A stretch of 64,000 nucleotides of DNA from Camelus dromedarius (taxonomy: Eukaryota): positions 49,850,001-49,914,000 of the forward strand of contig NC_087436.1 in the NCBI RefSeq assembly GCF_036321535.1, given 5' to 3'. This document shows, piece by piece, positions 1 through 10,275 of this stretch (its first letter is position 1; the number at the start of each line of letters is the position of its first letter). The notes under the pieces were generated by a model. The model was not told where the DNA came from and made no database searches. It saw nothing but the letters and a program-made list of their open reading frames with translations. A program made the position numbers and the translations under genes.

Positions 1-237
1 TATTTTATTCATTTAAATTTCAGTTAAAATTCATTTAAACATCTTAATCAATTAATACACCTTTATTTTTAGATGACATTACTGTAGCAGGGCGGTGGCT
101 ACCAAATAAGTCATATTTGAGAAAGTAAATAAAAGCTAACCTCAATTATTAACGAGTGTTTGTAGTAGAATTTTTTATGGCTTTTCTGAAAATTCAAGTG
201 TTGTTAGCACTGTCTTAAGATGTGTTTACAAGGCGAA

Positions 238-272
238 TGTGTGTGTGTGTGTGTGTGTGTATGTGTGTGTGT
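238..272. repeat. (TG)n microsatellite
   Basis: Visible TG dinucleotide run with one TA interruption. Confidence 0.95.
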
Positions 273-967
273 CTATACCTACTCAATATTTTGGTGATAT
301 TCAACACACCAATTTACATACTTATGAATGTCTAGTAGCAATCTTATAGTCTACACAGGCTTGTTGGACAGGCCTAAGGAAGAAAACCTACTTCTCCACT
401 TGCCTGAGGAAAAATTTACTCTTAGCTTGTTGTTTCTTGCGTATCTTCAATATACATGCATGTGATTCTGTTTTATAAAGAAGAGTATGGCATGATGAAT
501 TACTGTAATGTTAATATATAAAGGAAATTCCATAGCTTAACTACTGTTTATCTAACCCAAAAATCCCATAGTAACTTTAAGCTTTTGGTTAAAAGGTTCG
601 CTCATACATTTAGTGCTAGCTTATTACTCCTTTCGAAAACTGTAGTAGTTTTATTGTGCAAAAGGCACAATATGCTCCATTGAGTATCATTGGTTACTTA
701 CAAGTTTGTCTCATGTATATGACATTAATTTGTTGAAAATGCAGACTTATTTTAAAATATCGGTATGTTTTGTCAGTATAGTTCTCGTTAGGTTATATGT
801 AGGAACGTTTAGCATTAGGAGTTGCTAAATGATAGAGGTAGTATTGATGTAATATTTGTTGTTGTCCTGTCATAAAGAGAAATTCTCCAGAATAAAGAAA
901 TTATTTCACTGAATTCTAAACATCAGGCTTAGAGAGGCTGCATATGTCTGTAGCAGATAGAGGTTTT

Positions 968-1065
968 TTTTTTTTTAACTTTTTTTATTGAGTTATAGTC
1001 ATTTTACAATGTTGTGTCAAATTCCCAGTGTAGAGCACACTTTTTCAGTTATACATGAACATACA
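968..1065 (-). mobile_element. Severely 5'-truncated young L1 3' tail with 14-bp TSD
   Basis: Poly(T) followed by tttattgagttatagtcattttacaatgttgtgtcaa..., an antisense L1-type 3' end. Identical cagatagaggtttt flanks it at 954-967 and 1066-1079, and the target reads TTTT/AA. Confidence 0.85.
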
Positions 1066-1417
1066 CAGATAGAGGTTTTAAGTGCACTTACTGGCTGGTC
1101 TTCCTACTGTTGGTTAATAGTTTGAACCTTCCCCTTTCTTCTGATTGCCATCCACATTTTAGGCTGTATTTCCTATATTTTTTTTAGACAAATGTGTTTT
1201 AATCATTATATTTAGTAAATGAGCATGAAATTTAATACTCTAATTTTTGTGATGTTCTAAGATTAAACGTTTGATTTTTATTAAATGTTGAAATATACAA
1301 GTCATTTTGTTGTGTATTGTGGGACTAAAAATATTGCTGAAATGTAAAGGAGAAAAATCTAATTTTATATTGGCATAGAAAGAAAGCTTAACTTATTTTC
1401 TTGCTCTTTTTTTATAG

Positions 1418-1462
1418 AGAACACCTGTTCCCAGCGCTGAAGCTTTCCGATGGTTCTTTTAA
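1418..1462 (+). CDS. CXXC4: CXXC finger protein 4 (IDAX), last coding exon (phase 0)
   Basis: aga aca cct gtt ccc agc gct gaa gct ttc cga tgg ttc ttt taa = RTPVPSAEAFRWFF*. This matches my recollection of the CXXC4 C-terminus (…KKKPGTSLERTPVPSAEAFRWFF; paralog CXXC5 ends AAFRWFQ). A canonical acceptor precedes it. It is too short to appear in the ORF track. Confidence 0.93.
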   Translation, partial: RTPVPSAEAFRWFF

Positions 1463-4400
1463 GGCAGTAGTATCTCTTATTTTCAAGGCATTTGGAAGTG
1501 AAGGGCAAACTAATGTCTTGTTTTAAGAAACTGCTTAGTCCACCACTGAAGAAAATATCCAGATATTATTTTCATTTTATGTATAGGGGTTTCTTCAAAA
1601 AAAAAATAATAATAAAGGAAAAGAAAAGAAAAGAAAAAAGACATATAAAAATAATCCGGGAGCTCGGGGAATCGGCCAGTCTATTTACTTTCAATACACT
1701 GATTCTTTCTTTGATGTAATTTAGCTATCCTAGTGAAGTTGTTGTCTATTTTGAAGGTGGCTGTAAAAAAATAAGTTTGGGTAAACCCCTGCTGTAAAAT
1801 CATGTATCTTTGCAAAGTACATATCTATACTTCATTTTCAAATATATGTGTTTCAGTACTGTAAACTGTACAGATAGCAGCTTGTATTTTGTGTGTTTAG
1901 ACACAAGGAGACAATCACGTCTGAGCATCTATGGAGATTAACAGTTTGTACACAACACTATGGTTCTGCGAGTTAAATCTGGAGCAATAAATTTTAGCTT
2001 TAAATATTTTTTTGACAGTTGTTTCTAGAAGCAGCAACAGCAGTGGCACTTGTCGCCACGCATCTTTCCGTAGAGACTTGACGCCGAGTTTTACAAGACT
2101 AAAAGATGAGGATGCATCCAGCGGTTACCTTCAGTTGTATTGTGCGAAGAGGGGAAGATGTTATGAAAGTTTCAATTAATCTTTTGAGCACTATATTAGA
2201 GTAGTGGTTATGCACTTGCATTGCTTACAAACGAGCTGTACAGAAGGGTGTACCTCCCAAATCCTTAGTGTAGTTGACTTGTCTTGGGTTGCACTGTTAA
2301 GGCGGAGTACTCGGAGTAGTTGGAACATGCAGAACAGTTGTATAATTTTTTTTTCTTTTAAGCAGTGTTTTCTAGGATACAGAATAAAGTATCATATCTT
2401 AGGAGAGAAATTCATGACTGATTTTTTTTTTCCCAGCCCAACATGGGTTATATGTATTTTTTGTTTGTTTATTTTTTGCTTTTTTTGTGTTTTGGAAGAA
2501 AAAAGTAAAAACTTACTAAAATGTCTCCAAATGCCTTTTAATTCCATGTATGATATTAAATGGGTAGTTTGGTTTTCAACTTTGAATACCTAAAGGCCTC
2601 CAGCATTGAGACGAGGCTAGGTACATTTTTAAGTCAAAAAGAATTCAAGGCATTCATGAAAGTGAGGCTTTTAAATCTCTTTTTTATTTTCCTTCCTCAG
2701 AGCCTCCCAGTTGGAACAGTGGCTTTCCTCTAGGCCCTCGGTGGAATGTTCCATTGCTCTGATTCCCATACTTGTCACTGGACGCTTTCATTCCTGAGAA
2801 GGCGGGCAGGGCCACAGTCTGCGGATTCCATAAACGCACACAGCTCCCAGACAAAAGGAGCTAATGCTTCATGGGACCTGTGCTACCTTTTCATGTGGTG
2901 TTTGGTTTTCCCCTGGCAGTCAGGGTTCTTCAGGCTGTGCCATTAGGACAAATATTTGTGATGACACGACACCTAAGAATTTTCTTTCTTTCTTTCTTTG
3001 TTTTTTTCTTTTGGCCAGATGTATAAAGGAGATTTTCAGCTTCAGGAATAAAACAGAGTTGAGCAAAAACACAGAGAGTATCGAAGTTGCCATGTGACTG
3101 TAACTTTTTGTTCTTGATCCGCTAGCCAGCTCTTTTAGCCTGAGACATCCGTTAGCCTGCTGAAAAGTGTTAGCAAAATGGATCATTGGAAGAAAAATAA
3201 CTTGAGGAGAGAAAGGGTGATAAGAAGGACTGTAAAGTTTTAGGAAGACTAGCAGATGAATACTTTTAAAAGGCTAGTTGTAGTTTTGAATGGAAAATAA
3301 TATGACAGGAGATTTTGTTCATCGCAGAAGGAGCGAGCACTGCATTCGAGTGCTGGCGGGAGGGGTGGAAAAGATACTCACAAATGCCAACGTGGGAAAC
3401 AGTTGTGACTTAACTTGCCTAGAGGTTGAATGCTCGGTCTACAGTTACTGTCAAATAGCCTTTTTGAGGAAATTTCATAATGTATGACACTTATCCATGT
3501 TTAGAGGAGAGAATTATGTGATCACACATTAAAACGTGCTGTATATTAATTTTGAGGTAGCTTTCTACTTGATGTATATTCCTTTGAGGGTTTCTAGTTA
3601 GAATTTCTATTTCTGCTGTGGGACCAATGAGAGCTATATGAGTTCTTTCTTGTTCCATTTTTTCTTATTTTACTTAATTTCTTTAACCAACTTGCTAATT
3701 ATTTACAAGTAAGTGAAAACTTACTTTACACTTGAATGGTAAGCTTGCCTTGCTTTTTGGAAAATGATGATTGTTATTACAGAATTGAAACAAACTTTTA
3801 TTCGGGCTGCATTAGGCATACGGTGACGTATAAAGATCTCATAGCAATGGACTGAGAGTCTAAAATACATGCTAGTATTGCATGTCTTGATGTGTTTTTG
3901 TTTGTTTTCATAAAGAATCGATGAATCTGTATATTGTAAAATGTGATGTTTTACATGTCAATTCAGTTTTTTTTCCATGAAAGAAAATCTGTTGATGATT
4001 GAAATGGGAAAGTGCAGCTTCTCTTTAATTTTCTTACGTGTCTTTATTCTTGGTATGGTTCTTTCACACTGCCCATTTTTTATGTTTTTGGTAAAATTCT
4101 ATTTATATAATGTAGGGTGCACATAAAGTTCTCGTTGGTGATGTTCGAGAAAGATACTGCTCTTCCGGCCTCCCCCCCAACTTCTCTTTCCTGTAAGTCC
4201 ATATACTGAGAACTTGTAGAGCGTATCATTCTAGCCCTGGTAGGATGACTTCAAGATTTACACTTTTCAGGATCCTAAAATACCAATGAAATGTAACTTT
4301 AAAAAAATTCCTCACTGTATGTTTCATAGTCAGTATCAGGAAAATTCAAAATAGAGCAATCCAAATATAGACCATGTGGACCACCTGTACAACTTAAAAA

Positions 4401-5545
4401 TTACATGTCAGATAAGACAAATAAACAACTTTGTAAGAGGGGTCTACACACACAGGAGTCTTGCCTTCTCTAGGTGTGCATGAGGAGATACCATATTCTG
4501 TCAGGATTTGGGGAGAGCTTGGAAAGTACTTAGGGTGCTGGCACATAGTGCAGTGAATCTGTTCTTTGCCAGCTGTCCCTCAGCACCCTGACATCACCCT
4601 AACGTCATAGTGCAGAGCTGGCTCTTTCCAGGCCTTCAGACCGGAGTGGCTTTCTGATGGAGTCTGCCTGTCTATGCACAAGTAGACATTTATTTCCAAA
4701 TTAGAAATCTGTCCATCCTTGGGAGAGAAAGCAGTAATAGTCTTCCACCGGTGTAAGAACATATAAAAGTGTCTCCTGGCTGCTTAATTCCTAACATCCA
4801 ACTTTCTTCTTCTGAACACGTTTATCAGGAGCAAGAGATGGGAGGCTTCCTATGAATTCATATTAAGCAATCACTAAAAGAAAGGAATATTCCCTTCCTT
4901 TCATTTAGAACCCCTGGCATGAAGGTCGTACAATTAATACTAAAGCACAGAAAGTCTTTAAGCTGATAGTATCTGTAATCACATAATGAAAAGAGGAAAG
5001 CAGTTCAATGCACACACTATTCAGGGTCAAATATGTTCAGCAAAAAGCCCTAGTGGGTCTTTGATCATGGCTAGATTCACAGTGATATCAAACAGTTGGT
5101 TCTCATGTAACAGCTAAATGTTTCAGATTTTGTTTTTATTAAATTTGGCAGTTTCACACTGAGATCTGTATTCCTAGTGAATAAAAGACAGCTACTATGT
5201 TAGGCGGGATTCCATTTTCACAATTGCAAGGAAGTTAGAGATATTTCAGGAACATGGGCCACAAAATGTACTCCTTTCACAGTGTTCTCCTATTCTGAAC
5301 TGTGCAGTTATCTATTAAATTTTCTAATAGATATTTGTGTAAGGTGTATGTATGCTTGTGCAATTATTAAAAAAGCAGTTTTGGAAAACAGTGTATTTAT
5401 TAAAGAAAATTACTTATGGGGCATGTACAAAACTGTAAAAAAAAAAAAAAAAAAACCTTAAAAAAAAAAACACATTCAATTTGCCCAGTAAAGTTGTTTT
5501 TGTGAAATTTCTGTGTTGTTGAATAAAGGACTTTAGTATTCAAAA
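1463..5545 (+). other. CXXC4: Long CXXC4 3' UTR (end inferred)
   Basis: U-rich, TGTA-rich sequence after the stop with no recognisable interspersed repeat. Several AATAAA hexamers; the one at 5522 has upstream TGTA and downstream U/GU-rich sequence. Confidence 0.7.
5522..5527 (+). terminator. Putative distal polyadenylation signal
   Basis: AATAAA at 5522-5527, variant AGTAAA at 5487-5492, TGTA motifs at about 5424 and 5434, and T-rich sequence downstream. Confidence 0.6.
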
Positions 5546-6624
5546 TATCTCTATTTTTCCATGAACAAATTTCTATTTGTGGGATTTGAAGTAATCAGCA
5601 TATGATCCTAAAAATCTCATTTTGTTTGTGATAAAACATCGTTTTTCATTCTCCACTCACCCTTATGTCAGCAGAATGAGTACTGGATATAAATCTTCCA
5701 TAAAATATTCCAGTTTTGCTCATCTTGTTTTTCCTCAGATGTTTTGTCTTTCTTATATTTTTAGAAAAGGAAAAGAGACAAACACGATTCTTTTTACATT
5801 TCCAAAGGAGATATTTTTGTTGAAAGCTTTAAAAGGTCCCTGAAATAAAGAAAGAAAGGAATGCATCCAAAGTTTTTCCCTTCCTTCTCTGTCGTAAGTG
5901 TGCCAGGAGAGAGCAGCCCGTGAATTCCTTGTGCCATAAATAAAAAGTCCTGGTGATAATGCTTGAAAGCATTCAGGGCCATGAAGAAATGTGCAACACA
6001 GGAATTCTGTCTCCAGCCACACCCAGCAATACTCTGAGATTACCTTTTTATTGTGGAATATGTGGTTCACCCATGCTGCTTATGACTTGGTGGTGAATAT
6101 GCTTAACTCTTGTTTCACTGCTTCTCAGAGCAAAGGTCCAATTTTTTGGATGCTTCATAAACTACAGGAAATGTAGAACACAGTATTATATCGTGGAAAT
6201 CATGAATGTGGTTGCAAGCGTGGAACTTTAAATGATTTGAAAGAGTTCATGTCCACAGAAAAAGTACATTAGAAGAGTTTTTGTAAATTTTACAAATTCT
6301 AGGATGTGTTCTGTTAGCATAATATCACTCATGTAAAGTATCTTGGCCATGGCAAGAGAGTTGGATTACATAGGGTGAGAAAGAAGAATTAGGTAACTTG
6401 TATTAAAGAGTTCCTGGATATGCAGCAGTTTTGCAGGTGAGTTGCTATGTTTATTATATTTTGGTGTAAGCAACAATATGGCAAAAATATAAAACTGAAT
6501 TTTCACAGATATTTTGCTTCCTTGATGTCTTCAAGGATGCAGATCCTTGGAGGTTTATAAATGATGATAAGAAGATAATTCATCAAAATAGTTTGAATTA
6601 ATCAAAAAGGGAAGAGAAGTGAAT

Positions 6625-6672
6625 TTTAGACATTGAACCAGATAACAATTTAGACATTGAACCAGATAATAA
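6625..6672. repeat. 24-bp tandem duplication
   Basis: tttagacattgaaccagataacaa / tttagacattgaaccagataataa (1 mismatch). Confidence 0.92.
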
Positions 6673-8174
6673 TTTCATATGGTTTTTGAAAAATCATGTT
6701 TTTTTTCAAGTGTGTTTATTGGTAATAGTTGTTTTAGTTCACATGATTTATGCAGAAGCCATCCCCCATTTTATTTCCACTCTTTGTTTTGTCTTTTTTT
6801 TTAATAGAGAAAAAATGTTATTTGAAGGAAATACAGTGAAAACAAGTTTAGGGTTTTATTTGAATACACTACATGAGTGTTAGAGTTCTATAGGAACATT
6901 ATGCTTATTTGGAAATTTTGCTTCTAATCTTTTATTCTACATATCTTGGCTTAGGATCAATCTTTGTGTCCTTTGCAATTCAGATTTTTTTGGCTAATTT
7001 TTAAGTCAATATTTCTTATTTTCAATGTATTTATATAAAATGAAATGTCAACCAAACTATCTTTTTAGTCTAAGTCTGTGCTTTGTTTACAATATATTAC
7101 TTACGACAAAAATCATTCCTTTTAACAGGTGTTGTAACTTCACAAATTGGAAGCCGTATACAGATCTCTTTCCAAGAACAGCACTTTTAAAAGCTAGGTC
7201 TAATCATGTGTAAACTACATGTAAAGCATTTTTAATACAGGACTGAGTTACTTGACTTCTTTAATAGTTAGATGTTAGGAGAATCTGGTTGCCTGGTTTG
7301 AATTACGACCTTCTGCTTATGACTTTTCTGAAAAGTGATCTATTTAAAATTATATGGCTTCAGGAAAACTGCACAGTTGGAAAGGAGGTGGGAAGAGAAC
7401 ATTTAAATGATACTATTTAACCTTTGATACCATCATAGAACATATGTAGCTGAAAATTCTCATTTATTATAGCCTTCAAGAACTTTTCTCACCTTTCCAT
7501 CAATTGCCATGTAATTTTCTTCAAAATTTTTATGCTTATAGGTATTTATAAGTGTATTAATATTGCATTAACGTGTGTATGGGTGGAGAGATATAGATGA
7601 ATCTGCGTGTGTATGTGTGTATTGTTTTTAGTCGACAGTTGATCTCATGCCCCCAATAGCTAAGGGTCGGTGTAGGTTATTAAAGATCTTTGGTGGAAAA
7701 GATCCTGCCACCACGGTACAGTTGCAACTGAATTTGATGACTCAGCATCTTATAATACTTAGCCTATTCTCTGGGAAGCTGAGAATTTGGGGAAGCTACA
7801 TGGAATCTTTTGGGCTTCTAGGGGCTGTTTAAAGAGTTAACACTTCAGTTTCCTGTGTCTTACCTGCAGTCATTTAAGGGACTCTTGAAAATCATGCATA
7901 CAGTTTGCTCCCCAAGTGCATTATTTATCTTCATATAATTTGAGCATTTTAGGTGCATTTATATCTTATTGAGCTGTCTAGTGACATGTATGTGTATCTG
8001 AGTTTCAAGGGCACATCCAAATACTAATAGGTGACTTCATCTGTAGCTTATATACTTTGATCATATGGAAAAGGCCTTTATCCTCCCACCCAAATTCACA
8101 GTGTCTACAGAGCAGCAGCAAGAAGAACATTGTAAATAATGTTTTGTGTTGGCAAACCAGCAATTGATTTAATT

Positions 8175-8330
8175 TCTCATTTATTCAACATGTATTTTTG
8201 TGTATCTTCAATGTGCCAGCTACTGGGGGTATCAAGATGAATAAAACATTGTTCCTGACACAGTTACCATCCCCATGGAGCTCAACCAAGTGGTTGAAAT
8301 AAATACACAAATAAATAAAAACAGCAGGAA
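8175..8330 (-). mobile_element. L2 3' end fragment
   Basis: catttattcaacatgtattt…tgtgccagctactggggg…atgaataaaaca resembles the antisense L2 tail. Confidence 0.6.
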
Positions 8331-8659
8331 ATGTTTGTGGAGAATGGAGCAGGCGTCATGGAGGGAGTGTGGGAGAGGGCTAAGTAAAGCTCTTTGATTT
8401 CAAATTCCCCCCAGCTGAGAGGAGAAAGCGCACTCCTGGGATGTAACACCTGAGGGTAAAGTAGTGAACCGAAGCGACTGGAAAGGGGGATAAGGGAAAG
8501 AGGCAGGTTCAGAAGACCTGAGACATGCCCCAACCCACGTCCAAGCTGCTGTCGTTTCTCATGGGGGCTACTGTAGTAGCTGCCACCGTATTCTCCTTCC
8601 ATTCATTCTTCTCTGTCTTGAGACATTCTCGGTGCTGCAGCTGGAGCAGTTCTTCTAAA

Positions 8660-8682
8660 ACACACGCACGCATGCACGCGCG

Positions 8683-8722
<40 letters not shown>
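8660..8722. repeat. Compound (CA)/(CG)7/(CA)n microsatellite
   Basis: 63 bp of uninterrupted purine-pyrimidine alternation including (CG)7 at 8677-8690. Confidence 0.95.
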
Positions 8723-8724
<2 letters not shown>

Positions 8725-8749
8725 TTCATGTGACCCCATGCGTATTGTC

Positions 8750-9110
8750 AGTGATGTCCCATTGCTCTTAGAATAAAATCCTACATGTGGTCTGCGAGGA
8801 TCTTGTTGTCCAGCCCTACAGTCTCATCATGTATCATGTCATCCCTTTCTCTGTGCTCCAGCCACTCAGACTTTCTTCCAATCCTTCCACTTGCTAGCTG
8901 CGTTTTGCCTCTCACCTCAGGACATTTTGTTCATTTTGTTCTTAATACCTAGAATCTTCTTTCCTTCTCTGTTTTCCTGGGTAATGCCTCTTTGTTCTTT
9001 AGAACCTAGATGATGCTTCATTTTTTAAGGGAACTTCTACCCAACTTTTAAGATTATGTCAAATTCACCTATTACAGGCTCTCAAAGTAACTTGTACCTC
9101 TGCATAGCAA
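8750..9110 (+). mobile_element. L2 fragment
   Basis: cccattgctcttagaataaaatcc…ctgtgctccagccac…acctcaggacattt: typical L2 3'-region motifs. Confidence 0.6.
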
Positions 9111-9124
9111 TTATCAATGAATTA

Positions 9125-10275
9125 ACTCATTCAATAAATAGATATTACACATTTACCCTGTGCACTTCACTCATCCAGAATTTATTTGTAAGCAAATAAG
9201 ACAAAAATCCCTGCTCTCATGGAGTTCACATTCTGGTGGAAAGAAAAAGATCACAAACAAATAGAGAAGTAAGTAAATAGAAATGTCACTTGATAATATA
9301 TATTGTGGGTCTAATTAAGGAGGGAAAATGAGATTAGAAATGCCAAGTGGGGTGACAGGATGAGGAAGAGAGTTGGAATTTTAAATGGGTCATTGGGTAA
9401 GGCTAACAGAGAAGGTATATTTGCGGTATGGCCTGAAGGAAGCAAGCAATTAAGTAAGTAAGTAAGTAGGTCCTGTGGAGATCTTGGGAAGAGCCTATAT
9501 GACAAAGGGAATAGCAAGTACAAAGACCTTGTGACAAGAATGGATCTGGAGTTTTCAAGGACCAGCAAGGAACCCAATGTGTCTGCAATGCAATGGGTAA
9601 GAGAGGATAGTGGGCAGTGTGGCTAGAGAAGAAAGAGGGACAAGGTTGTGTAGTGCCATATTTGGGACTCTGACTTTATTCAGAGTGAGAAAGGAAATAT
9701 GTGGAGGGTTTGATTAGAGGGAGACATGATCCAGCTTATATTATAAAAAGGTGACTTTGGCTACCATGTTGAGAATAGATGACTGAAGGTCAAGATTGGA
9801 GGAAGGGAGACCAATCTGGGGAGAGACCATTGACATAATCCAAGTGAGAGGAGATGGTGGAATCAGAGTTCAGTGCACGTTGTAAAAAACGGGCTGAATT
9901 AACCATATAGTTGGAAATAAAGGAAATAGAATTTGTGGACAGGTCGGGCTTTAGGTATGTAAGAAAGAGAAGAATTAATAATGACTCCAGCGTTTTTGAT
10001 GTGAATAACTGGAAAATTGAAGTTGCCCTTCCCTTAACTGAGAAAGGGAAGACTGAATTTTGGGTTTAGAGGTACTAAGTTTGAGCTGCTTCTCAGACCA
10101 TCAAGTAAAGATGTCAAGCATGCAGTTGAATATGTGGGCTTGGAGTTCAAGGTAGATTTATAGGCTGGAGGTATAGATGGTGTTTAAAATAATGAGCCTG
10201 GATGAGATTATCAAAGGAGTGAGTGTAGATAGATAAAGGAGGGCAAGGGCAAGGACTGAGATCTGGGATCACCTA
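9125..10275 (-). mobile_element. L2 (L2a-like) ~1.1 kb fragment
   Basis: tcattcaataaata…agacaaaaatccctgctctcatggag…ataatccaagtgagaggagatggtgg…gatgagattatcaaaggagtgagtgtagatag. Confidence 0.8.

Larger units (their letters stand above)
1..1417 (+). other. CXXC4: 3' part of the last intron of CXXC4
   Basis: Ends in branch-point-like CTTAAC (1387-1392), a pyrimidine tract (ttattttcttgctctttttttat) and AG at 1416-1417, directly before the CXXC4 C-terminal codons. Confidence 0.85.

Noticed and set aside
1416..1419. Tandem AG-AG at the acceptor (TAGAG) as an alternative 3' splice site
   Set aside because: A 2-nt shift would lose the conserved FRWFF tail, and nothing in the sequence supports its use.
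1492..6176. ORF-track ORFs in and just past the CXXC4 3' UTR (e.g. 2204-2593, 129 aa)
   Set aside because: F/K/L-biased products of U/A runs, mostly non-ATG starts, no recognisable domains.
6625..6672. Short direct repeats (also 36686 and 51388) as CRISPR-like arrays
   Set aside because: Only two adjacent copies, no spacers, no cas genes, mammalian context.
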